Shown here: positions 1 to 10,814 of the stretch, one piece after another | How the letters are laid out: the number at the start of each line of letters is the position of its first letter | Numbering within the stretch: position 1 is the stretch's first letter | NCBI RefSeq assembly: GCF_036365525.1 | Contig: NC_090411.1 | Coordinates: 31,698,432 to 31,762,431 of the forward strand | Length of the DNA stretch: 64,000 nucleotides | DNA from: Heterodontus francisci | Lineage: Eukaryota | Direction: 5' to 3' | Translations under genes and position numbers: made by a program | Notes under the pieces: model-generated | What the model was told of the DNA's origin: nothing | Databases searched by the model: none | The model's input: the letters and a program-made list of their open reading frames with translations, nothing else

Positions 1-426
1 TTTTAGATTACTGCTTCATGTAAAATCATTACTCATACAAAAAGATTTCAGCACCACAGGATTTACTCATTTACAAAGGGGGAAAAGATAAGCCAGAACT
101 AGTCAGACAATGTTTCACTAACTATTCACTAAACTTAATTGTTGCCATTCAAGTTGGAAAAGTTAACTAGGTTTATACATCTTCAACATGAATCCTCTGT
201 TGGAAACATCATGGAGTCTTGGAGTTACTTTCAAAACTGGAAACAAATATTAGAGCAAGGAATAGAGTCCCTGTTTCAAGGGCATTTACTGATTTAAGTC
301 TAGGGGGAAAACTAGAAATATATATTATAAACCCAACTGATTGACCTAGAGAAATTCTAGCTACTCAAAATGCATTGAAATTCCAGTCTTAACTTTTAAA
401 CAGGACCCCAAGAAAACAATACACAC

Positions 427-531
427 CATGGAAAGATAAACATAGGAGGAATAGAGCTCCAGGTTGATTTGCTTGTTAACAGCATCTTCACAGTCCTTGT
501 GGTAGTTCTGACACACTTGAGAGGCCATCAT
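427..531 (-). CDS. Ferritin gene A, exon 1 only (rest lies left of the window)
   Basis: Encodes [35 protein letters not shown] followed by a GTGTGT donor; positions 1-426 match intron 1 of the other copies. Confidence 0.93.
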
Positions 532-596
532 AATCTTCACTATGAACAGAAGCTAAATTCAAACAACAATATAACTGCTTCCTACCCAAGCTCTTG

Positions 597-820
597 TATT
601 TATGCTGCTGGGACAGCCTGCATTCAAACAGGGAATGACATCATTAATGATGATTGACAATTCCAGGTAGCCAGTCAGGAATCGCTCATGAATCCAGGCA
701 CCAATTAACAATGTAGACGGGCTGTGGGGGTGGACCCAGAGACAATGAGAGCTGTGGAATACAGGCAGGTTTGGATGATGATACTGTGATTGGAACATAG
801 GAACAGGAGGAGGCCAATCA
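597..820 (-). promoter_or_regulatory. Proximal promoter of ferritin A
   Basis: CATAAATA TATA variant at 597-604, 14-bp palindrome CATCATTAATGATG at 639-652, CCAAT boxes at 789-793 and 814-818; the block is conserved upstream of every exon 1. Confidence 0.7.
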
Positions 821-1353
821 GCCCCTCAAGCCTGTTCCACCATTCAATGAGATCATGGTTTGTCTCTTAATGCATTTTGCCTGCATTGGATCCATATTGC
901 TTCATACCTGTACCGAACAAAAATCTAACAGTCTCAGTTTTGAAATGTTTAATTGATGTCAATATTTTGGGGGAGAGAATTCCAGATTTCCATTTCCCCT
1001 TTTGTAAGAAATGCTTCCTGACATCACCCCTGAATGGTCTAGCTCTAATTTTAAGATGATACCCCCTATCCTGGACTGAGAAAATTGTTTCTCTCTATAT
1101 ACTGTTCTGACCGAGGTGGGAGGAGTGCATTGTTTTTTCTAGTTCCACTTCTCCACAGGTCACAACATATATTTAAATGTTTACCCAGTTACCGATTCGG
1201 TCAATCATAGACTCTATTTTTATCTCAAAATAAAGTGCACCAACCAGGTTTCTTTAATAAACAATAGAATTATCAGTTTATTATAAAAACAGACTTAACC
1301 AGTAACACACAGATTGAAATATGAAAGTTCCCTTTTATCTTAGCCCCTCACAC

Positions 1354-3242
1354 TAAAGGCCTGCTTAGGTCATGAAAAAATATCCCAATGCGAACCCAAC
1401 AGAACCAGATCGGACCCGAGCCTGATCCGGCCCGAGTCCCTCCATTTTCTTCCCACGCCCGACCTGACCCGAGCCCGACCCGACCCGACCCGAAGCCAAC
1501 CTGACTACCGGAATGTTCCTTTTACCTACCTTGCGACTCCCAATCTGCAGGAAGCTGCAGGTTGAGCATGATGACGTCATAGGGAAGCTCACTTGCTCAC
1601 TGTGCAGACTTTTTAAAAATTCATTCAAGGATGTGGGCGTCACTGGCTAGGCCAGCTTTTATTGCCCATCCCTAATTGCCCTTGAGAAGGTGCTGGTGAG
1701 CTGCCTTCTTGAACCGTTGCAGTCCATTTGGGGTAGGTATACCCACAGTGCTGTTAGAAAGGGAGTTCCAGGATTTTGATCCAACAACAGTAAAGGAACA
1801 GTGATATAGTTCCAAGTCAGGATGGTGTGTGACTTGGAGGGGAACTTGCAGGTGGTGGTGTTCCCATGCATTTGCTGCCCTTGTCCTTCTAGTTGGTAGA
1901 GGTCGCGGGTTTGGAAGGTGCTGTCTAAGGAGCCTTGGTGCATTGCTGCAGTGCATCTTGTAGATGGTACACACTGCTGCCACTGTGCGTCGGTGGTGGA
2001 GGGAGTGAATGTTTGTAGATGGGGTGCCAATCAAGCGGGCTGCTTTGTCCTAGATGGTGTCGGGCTTCTTGAGTGTTGTTGGAGCTGCACCCATCCAGGC
2101 AATGGAGAAAATTCCATCACACTCCTGACTTGTGCCTTGTAGATGGTGGACAGGCTTTGGGGAGTCAGGAGGTGAGTTACTCGCCTCAGGATTCCTAGCC
2201 TCTGACCTGCTCTTGTAGCCACGGTATTTATATGGCTACTCCAGTTTAGTTTCTGGTCAATGGTAACCCTTAGGATGTTGATAGTGGGGGATTCAGCGAT
2301 GGTAATGCCGTTGAATGTCAAGGGGAGATGGTTAGATTCTCTCTTGTTTGAGATGGTCATTGCCTGGCATTTGTGTGGCGCGAATGTTACTTGCCACTTA
2401 TCAGCCAAGCCTGGATATTGTCCAGGTCTTGCTGCATTTCTACACGGACTGCTTCAGTATCTGAGGAGTCACGAATGGTGCTGAACATTGTGCAATCATC
2501 AGCGAACATCCCCACTTCTGACCTTATGATTGAAGGAAGGTCATTGATGAAGCAGCTGAAGATGGTTGGGCCTAGGACACTACCCTGAAGAACTCCTGCA
2601 GTGATGTCCTGGAGCTCAGATGATTGACCGCCAACAACCACAACCATCTTCCTTTGCGCTAGGTATGACTCCAGCCTGCGGAGGGTTTTCCCCCTGATTC
2701 CCATTGACCTCAGTTTTGCTAGGGCTCCTTGATGCCATACTCGGTCAAATGCTGCCTTGATGTCAAGGGCAGTCACTCTCACCTCACCTCTTGAGTTCAG
2801 CTCTTTTGTCCATGTTTGAACCAAGGCTGTAATGAGGTCAGGAGCTGAGTGGCCCTGGCGAAACCCAAACTGAGCGTCACTGAGCAGGTTATTGCTATTG
2901 GTAGAGTGGGGGATATGCCAGGCCATGAGGTTACAGATTGTGGTTGAGTACAATTCTGCTGCTGCTGATGGCCCACTGTTGGTGATGGACATTGAAGACC
3001 CCCACCCAGAATACATTTTGTGCTCTTGCCACCCTCAGTGCTTCCTCCAAGTGGTGTTCAACATGGTGGAGTACTGACTCATCAGACTCAGACGTCCCGG
3101 ACCCCCAGCTCAGGTAGGTTTTTTACTTTGAACACTTCTTGCCCAAAGTGCCCGAAAGCCGGACACAAAAGAGCGACCTAACCCGACTGTACCCAACATG
3201 TTGTCGGGTCCTGTCGTGTTAGGGTCGGGTAGCAGGCCTTTA
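1354..3242. mobile_element. Non-autonomous hAT DNA transposon carrying a nested LINE
   Basis: 12-bp TIRs TAAAGGCCTGCT/AGCAGGCCTTTA, 8-bp TSD CCTCACAC (1346-1353, 3243-3250), subterminal ACCCGA repeats. Confidence 0.88.
1611..3082 (-). mobile_element. 5'-truncated non-LTR retrotransposon (CR1/L2/Jockey group) RT fragment
   Basis: RT motifs QFGFR, ALDIKAAFDRVWH, QGSVLGP, FADD in frameshifted ORFs 2387-3016, 2031-2408 and 1672-2034; A-rich tail near 1611; apparent TSD CAGACT (1605-1610, 3083-3088). Confidence 0.9.
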
Positions 3243-5964
3243 CCTCACACTGAAACATACACACACACACTGGATAACCAGAAAAAGAGATTTTCTTTTT
3301 AGAGCTCCGTTACAAAAAAAGACAAAAAGAATACTTTAGCCAAATACTTGTTAATTCTTGAAGAAAAAAGAGAAGATATGGAAAGATGTCAGTTGTCCCT
3401 TTTTTGGTTTGGCGTCCCAAATATGTGTAGACAGCTGGCACTGGGATCTTTCTAGAATAGTTCTTTCAGGCGACGTTGAAGATCAGTTTGGCTGGTTTTC
3501 CAGATGGGATGCACCGTCAGGGTTTCTGGCAGCCTTTTCAGGAGACATGCAGCATCAGTTTCTCTATTTCTTACACTTAATTCACAGGAAGTTCTCAAAA
3601 AGATGGAAGAGGATGCTGATGGTGACTGCTCTCTTGGCTGGTTTTCTCCAATTGTCTTCAAAACAGTTCACACTCCAACACACTGTTCAAAGCAAAATCA
3701 AAAAGAATATCTCAAGAGTCAAGTCTCCTGACCCCTATAAATCTTAACCTGTCACTTCTCTGTAAACATCTTCTCCAAGTCAAAAAGCCCCTGCTGGGAT
3801 ATTTATCTGAAGACAGGAGACTGCCAGTGAGGGTTGTTCACCACAAATCCTCTCAGTGCCCTTTCAATGACCCCAGTGAAAAGAAAATCCATGGAATCCT
3901 TTTCAGTTTTCCCAAAATAAAACAATGGCCATAAATCTAAAATATGAGTCTGCCAAAAAAGACCAACAAGAAAGTAGCAACACCGTTATAACAACACCTG
4001 ATCAAATCTAGTACTCATGTTAAACACATCAATTATAATAATTCTTTACTCTTCTATACTTGTATAATACAAGAGTCGTTAATGCAAACTGTCCTCGTAA
4101 TTTAACCCTTTTATCCCTGGTATCATTCTGGTGAATCTGTGCTGCACTCCCACCAAGGTCAATATATCAAAGCTGAACACAGTACTCCAGATGTGATCTA
4201 ACCAGAGCTTTATACAAATAAAGCATAACCTCCACCCCTTTGTATTCCAGACCCTTGAGATGAAGACTATAAGTGTATGAGACTTTTTAAATTCATTTAT
4301 ATACCATTCCACTAGCTTTTAGTAATTTCTGTACACAGACCCCTAACTCTCTCTGCTCCTCCACAGTTCCTAGCTCCTCACCATTTAGAAAATACTCTGA
4401 TTTATCTCTCTCTGTTCTCGCTCTATCTCACATTGAAATTGATCTATCACAGTTTTGGCTACTCACTTAGTCTATCAATGTCGCTTTTAAATTTTCTGCT
4501 CAAATTTACTCTACCTACTGTAACACCTAACTTAGTGTCATTAACAAACTTGGATATATGGCTCTCGATTCCTTCATGTCATTTATAAATGTAATGAAAA
4601 ACCGAGGCCCTGGTACAGACCCCTGGGTGAGATGACTAGTTACATCCTGCCAATTGGAGTTCATACCCATTATCTCTACTCTCTCTTTCCGACCTCCCAA
4701 CCAACTCCACAACCATGTCTAAAGGTTTCCTGCAATTCCATGTACTTCCGTTTTTCCTAATCGCTTCAGTAGAATCTTGTCAATGATGTATTTGATGTTG
4801 GCTTCTTTGAGTTTTCCTCAAAGTGAATCTGTTCTCAGATTCAGAGTTTGTCAACATAATCACAGGAGTCTGTGAATGGAAATTCATTTTGTGTTGAGCA
4901 CAATTGGATCCATCTCTTGGAGAATTGACACTGCGCTTGATGGGTCTAGAATGAATCTGTGATACTAGTGCTGACCATAATAGATCGAAAGAGATTGGCC
5001 AGCCCAAGACATTGTACAGTGAATCTGCAAAGGAACCGACATGTTGGGGGAAATGAAAAGTGGAGAGCTTCAAACAGAACTCTTTTGCTCCATCTCAGTG
5101 CAACATGGAGGTCTAGCCCCATGGAATTTAAGAGTTGTAAAGTCCTGTATTGTTGCTTCTACAAAGAAGACCTCTATTGAGAGTTGATAGCGAGGGAAGA
5201 TTTTACCTGAAATACAGTGTTGTGATGACCTGAGCCAAGTATTTCTTCATTTACTCATCCAGGACATTGGTGAACATGAGTGTAAGTAGTAGTTGAACAA
5301 ATGACAACCTGATCACAAGGCAGATTAAGATGGTGAATGCTTTACAATGACTAGAGTCACAGTCATTTATGACAGGCAGCCATTCGGTCCATGGAGTCTT
5401 TAGTGACCAGTACAATGCATTCAGTCCCATTCCCCTGCTCGAGCACCTGTGAGTTTTTTCCCCCCCTCCAACTGCTCATCTAATTTCCTTTTGAAATCAT
5501 TTTTTGGCTACACTGCCATCATTCACAGCACGGTTATTGCCACTGGTTTATATATCCAAAACAAGTTCTCCTCACATATCTCTTGCCTAAACCCTTTAAG
5601 GTTGTATGCCCTAATACTTACACTGCTATCTAATCTCTCTGCAATTTCCTTTGCTCCAATCAGAATAGAGGTCAAAACAAAAGCCACTAATTCATTGCCC
5701 CTCCCCACTATTCCACAACTGCATGGCATCTCATTTGTAGATGCCAGAAACTACCATTGCAGCAAAACTGCATAGTTCAAATATCCCTACAAATTTCTCA
5801 ATGACAAATGGAAGCTGCATGTAGGAGGGCAAAACTCAAAAGGCATGCTAAACTTTCAATGGGGTCAGATATTGGACAACTAGGCATCTTGCTGATCTGA
5901 ATAACAAAATGAGTTACTTATCTATACAAAAGGTGAAAAGAAAAACCAGTCCATGATAAATATT

Positions 5965-6030
5965 TTTATTTCCACATATTGCAAGCGATGAGAAAACTAC
6001 ATATTAACCAGAAATGGAACACATTTTATT
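5965..6030 (-). terminator. Two AATAAA polyadenylation signals of ferritin B
   Basis: TTTATT on the + strand at 6025-6030 and 5965-5970, about 40 and 100 nt past the stop; the distal one is conserved in the other 3' ends. Confidence 0.6.
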
Positions 6031-6069
6031 TCAACCAATATTATAGAACTAATGACTCTAGAATGCTAA

Positions 6070-8287
6070 TCAACTCAGCGTGTGCTTGTCAAACAGGTAC
6101 TCTCCCATGCCATTGTCAGGAGCTCCCAGTCTCTTCAGGTTGGTGATGTGATCTCCAAGCTTCTTGATCATCTTCACTTGTTCATCCAAATAGTGGGTCT
6201 CTAGGAAGTCACACAACTAGAACATGAAATAGAAAATGCCAAGCAGATGTTTAATGAGGATCTTCTCCAGAAGTGAAATTACACTTGTTTGGAATTGGGA
6301 CAGTGTGACACGATCAAATTTACCAGACAAGAGCAGAATTACCCAGAAATGGCAAATCAAATTTAATAAATGGGGAATGGACTGCACCAGAAACATTTTA
6401 ATGCTGCAGATACAAAGTGCCTTGGGAACAGTTTAGTGATCCAGGTCTACAGTATAGATGGCTTCTTGGCCCAGAAACAAAAATCTGAAAGTGAAAAACA
6501 AACTGACACAGAATTTTACCAATGTAGAGTGAAGGGTAGATTTCAATATCACTAACTCATGAATAATTGCAATGTTAGGAACTTACATGAGGGTCAGTGT
6601 TGCCAGTGGAGAGTTTGTGTAGATCCAGCAGACTCTGGTTCACATCCTTCTCCATCTGCAGAGCTCTCTGCATTGCCTCCCGACCATTGCTCCACTCATC
6701 CTGCTCTGGCTTCTGGAACAGAATAGTGGTCCTATTAGTGGGAGTGCAAAGTCCAAGGGATGTTATGCTCAAGGTCAACAAAGTTAGCCACAACAAAGAT
6801 AATCTGTGCACCTCAATACTACAAGGGACCATTGTGAGGAATGGGGTTTAACCACTGGGTCGACAGACCATTACAGGACACTGGATCTGTTCATTGCTCT
6901 GCCATTTTTGGCCAAAGCTCTAATCCCAATTACCCCTAATATGCTCCAATGTTCCTTTCTCCACATCCTTTTAACATCAACTTCATCCACAGAAAGTCTA
7001 GAGCTGTGGCCCACATTCTCCAGACTGTTACCTAGTTAGGCACCATATGTTTGAGCCAATGGCTTTTGATGCAGAAATTGTTCCTTCTGAATATCCATTT
7101 ATTGATTATGTATCTATAGAAGAGGCAAAGATCAGTCATCCCAACTCATCCTGCAGCCACTCACCAACATTTGGAATTTTACTCAACCTCACCAGATGGA
7201 GAGCTGACATTAGAATAAGGAATATTCTCTGAAAGTATCCAAGTTAGATCATAGACGCCAAGTTCAAAATCCAACCTTGATGTTCTCCAAGATGATTCGG
7301 CCTCCACGTTTATTCTGGAATGTCATCAGTTTCTCAGCGTGCTCCCGTTCCTCATGTGACTGCTCCTTGAAAAACTCAGCAAAGTGACGCAGGGCAACAT
7401 CATCCCGGTCAAAGTAATAGGACTGCAGGTGGAAGGAAAATGAAAAGGACAGGGCGTCAGACCCAATCTCATTTATGGCCAAGTCAAAAATGGTAGCAAC
7501 ATCATGGTATACAAGTCACCCATTCTTTACCTCAGAAGAATTTGCTTTCAATTAATGGGCTTGGTTTTTGAAGTTTATGCCATAAAATGCTGAACATGTT
7601 GAAATGCCCCTCCCTGTGACATGACAGAAGGCAGTAATACTAATTGGATCAAAGTTGCATTTCATCATTCAAGCTATAATTATCAGCAGGACATCCTTTG
7701 TCCCCCCAATGAACATGTAAGTGAGTTTTTTTTCCTCTCTTCATTCAGTAGAGAAAGACTTAGATTACTGCTTCATGCAAGATCATTACTCCTCATACAA
7801 AACAAAGAAGGAGCTCAACACCACAAAATTTATTCATTTACCAAAAAAAAGGGGAAAGACAGACAATGTTTCACTAACTAGTTACTGAAATTAATTGTTG
7901 CCATCCAAGTTGGAAATGATGACTAGGTTTATACATCTTCAACATGAATCCTCTATTAGAAACTTCATGGAACCTCGGAGTTACTTTCAAAATTGGACAT
8001 AAATATTATAGAGCAAGGAATAGAGTCCTTATTTCAAGGGTGTTCACTGATTTAAGTCTAGGGGGAACTAGAGAGATAAATTATCAACCCAACTGATTGG
8101 CCTAGAGAAATTCTAGCTACTCAAAAATGCATTGAAATTCATTCTTAACTTTGAAATAGGACCCCAAGAAAACAATACACACCATGGAAAGATAAACATA
8201 AGAGGAATAGAGCTCCAGGTTGATTTGCTTGTTAACAGCATCTTCACAGTCCTTGTGGTAGTTCTGACACACTTGAGAGGCCATCAT
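6070..8287 (-). CDS. Ferritin H/M-type subunit, gene B (exons 8287-8183, 7422-7276, 6712-6587, 6216-6070)
   Basis: Four GT-AG exons with phase-0 introns at the canonical vertebrate ferritin positions; ferroxidase residues E27, Y34, E61, E62, H65, E107, Q141 (human H numbering) present; variants K71T, D84N, L97R. Confidence 0.95.
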
Positions 8288-8355
8288 AATATTTACTGCT
8301 AGCAGAAGCTAAGTTCAAACAACAACAATCTAACTGATTCCTACACAAGCTCTTG

Positions 8356-8579
8356 TATTTATACTGCTGGGACAGCCTGCATTCAAACAGGGAATGACAT
8401 CATTAATGATGATTGACAATTCCAGGTAGCCAGTCAGGAATCGTTCATGAATCCAGGCACCAATTAACAATGTAGCCGGGCTGTGGGGTTGGACCCAGAG
8501 ACAATGAGAGCTGTGGAATACAGGCAGGTTTGGATGATCATACTGTGATTGGAACATAGGAACAGGAGGAGGCCAATCA
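8356..8579 (-). promoter_or_regulatory. Proximal promoter of ferritin B
   Basis: TATAAATA at 8356-8363, palindrome CATCATTAATGATG and paired CCAAT boxes. Confidence 0.7.
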
Positions 8580-8870
8580 GCCCCTCAAGCCTGTTCCGCC
8601 ATTCAATTAGATCATGGTTTGTGTCTTCAGGCCATTTGCCTGCATTGGTTCCATATTGTTTCATACCCGTACCTAACAAAAATGTAACAGTCTCAGTTTT
8701 GAAATGTTTAATTGATCTCAACATTTTGGGGGAGACAGTTCCAGCTTTTTACTTCCCTTTTGTGAAGAGATGCTTCCTGACATCACCCCTGAATGGTCTG
8801 GCTCTAATTTTCAGATTATACCTCCTGTCTTGGACTGCCCCACCAGGGAAAATAGTTTCTCTCTATATAC

Positions 8871-9384
8871 TGTTCTGACCGAGGTGGGAGGAGTGCATTG
8901 TTTTTCTAGTTCCAGTTCCCCACAGGTCACAACATATATTTAAATGTTTACCCAGTTACCAATACGGTCAATCATAGACTCTATTTTTACCCCAAAATAA
9001 AATACACCAACCAGGTTTATTTAATAAACAATAGAATTTTCAGTTTATTCTAAAACAAGACTTAAGCAGTAACAAGGCAAAGCATTAATACACAGATTGA
9101 AATATGAAAGTTCCTTTTACCTCAGCACCTCGCACAGATACATACACACACACACCGGATAACCAGAAAAAAAGAGATTTTCTTTTTAGAGCTTTGTTAC
9201 AAAAAAACGGCAAAAAGAGTACTTTGGTCAAATAGTTTCTCATTCTTGAAGAAAAAAGTGAAGATAAGGAAAGATGTCAGTTGTCCCTTGTTTGGTTTGG
9301 TGTCCCAAATATGCTTAGACAGCTACTACTGGGATCTTTTCAGAACAGAAACCTAACAAGAACAATAGCAATACCGACATAACC
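8871..9384 (-). mobile_element. Internally deleted solo LTR inside an old CR1 fragment (about 8553-9870)
   Basis: Same TGTTCTGACC start and insertion site as 1103 and 38027; about 500 bp of internal sequence missing, the same deletion as 24279-24792. Confidence 0.7.
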
Positions 9385-10303
9385 AACCTGATCAAATCTA
9401 GTATTCATGTTCAACACATCAATTATAATCATTCTTTACTCTTCTATACTTGAGAAATACAAGAGTCGTTGATGCAAACTGTCCTCGTAATTTAACCCTT
9501 TTATCCCTGGTATCATTCTGGTGAATCTGTGCTGCACTCCCACAAAGGTCAATATATCAGAGCTGAACACAGTACTCCAGATGTGATCTAACCAGGGCTT
9601 TATACAAATATAGCATAACCTCCACCCCTTTGTATTCCAGACCCCTTGAGATGAAGACTATTCGACTTTTGAATTAATTTATATACCAGTCCACTAGCTT
9701 TTAATAATTTCTGTACACAGACCCCTAACTCTCTCTGCGCCTCCACAGTTCCTAGCTCCTCACCATTTAGAAAATATTCTGATTTATGTCTCTCTGTCCT
9801 CGCTCTATCTCACATTGAAATTCATCTATCACAGTTTTGGCTACTCACAATCTATCAATGTCTCTTTTCAATCTGTCCACCTCAATATTATGAGGAAGTA
9901 TGAAGGGTGGAGACCATTAGATCAGTCCATTGGCTAAAAATGGCAGGGCAGAGTCAAACTCCGTTCTCAATTACACTCCATTTAAAGAAAAATCTTCAAA
10001 TTACTTCATCCATGGAACTTTACAGCTGCGATCCACATTCTCCAGAATAGTTTCCTAGCCAAGCACCATAAAATTGGAAGCAGTAGTTCGTTTCTGGCGG
10101 ACAAACTCATTCCTTCTGAACATCGACATTTAGTGATCCTCCTCTATTCATTAGCTAGGCTGGCCCATCATAACACCCATCTTAATTTCACTAACACTAG
10201 CAATTTTACTCATTAAATCTCACTGGATTAGGAATTTAAGGGTCTTCATGAGGAAACATCTTTTAAGCAACCTACAATTACATTACAGAAGTTGCAATCC
10301 AAC

Positions 10304-10450
10304 CTTGATGTCCTCCAAGATGATTCGGCCTCCACGTTTATTCTGGAATTTCATCAGTTTCTCAGCGTGCTCCCGTTCCTCATGTGACTGCTCCTTGAAG
10401 AACTCAGCAAAGTGACGCAGAGCAACATCATCCCGGTCAAAGTAATAGGA
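10304..10450 (-). pseudogene. Ferritin relic C1: orphan exon 2
   Basis: Intact 147-nt exon 2 with CAG acceptor and GT donor; exon 1 absent; exons 3-4 removed by a deletion with junction at 9870-9872. Confidence 0.9.
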
Positions 10451-10814
10451 CTGCAGGTAGAGACAAAAATGGAAAGGAAGAGTCAGGTCAGACCCAAATC
10501 TCAGTAATGGCCAAGTCAAAAAAATTGATAGCAACATCATGGTAGATAAGTCACCCATTCTTTACTTCAGACAGTTTGCTTTTAATTAAGGGGCTTGGTT
10601 TTTCAAGTTATTGCTTCAATGTTTTCCTAAATATGTTGAAAGTGCCTCCCATTGACCAGCATTAATAAAAGCAGTAATGAGTTTTGGATTAAAGTCTCAT
10701 TTCAGCATTCAAACTACAGTGAATTATCAGGAGATCTTCTTGTCTCTCTTCACCATCACCCCCCCCACCTCACAAACCTCATTTCCTCACCCTGCCCCCA
10801 CCACCCGACATTGA

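Larger units (their letters stand above)
1103..3993 (-). mobile_element. Solo LTR (Gypsy-like), interrupted by a hAT element
   Basis: Begins TGTTCTGAC and ends GTTATAACA (TG..CA with short inverted termini); homologous to the uninterrupted 1007-bp copy at 38027-39033; an empty site is seen near 63875. Confidence 0.7.
794..4790 (-). mobile_element. Old degenerate CR1 LINE 3' fragment upstream of gene A, split by a solo LTR
   Basis: CR1-type 3' UTR at about 794-860; RT C-terminal remnants (VQHRFTRMIPG, QGSVPGP..F.TFIND) at 4079-4712; repeated upstream of each promoter. Confidence 0.75.

Noticed and set aside
532-556. IRE-like TGTTCATAGTGAAGA in the 5' UTR of A
   Set aside because: The loop is TAGTGA with no proper 5-bp upper stem or bulged C, and it is not conserved in other copies.
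6597-6851. Recurrent + strand ORFs ([11 protein letters not shown]..., [10 protein letters not shown]...)
   Set aside because: They are antisense shadows of the conserved ferritin exon 3.
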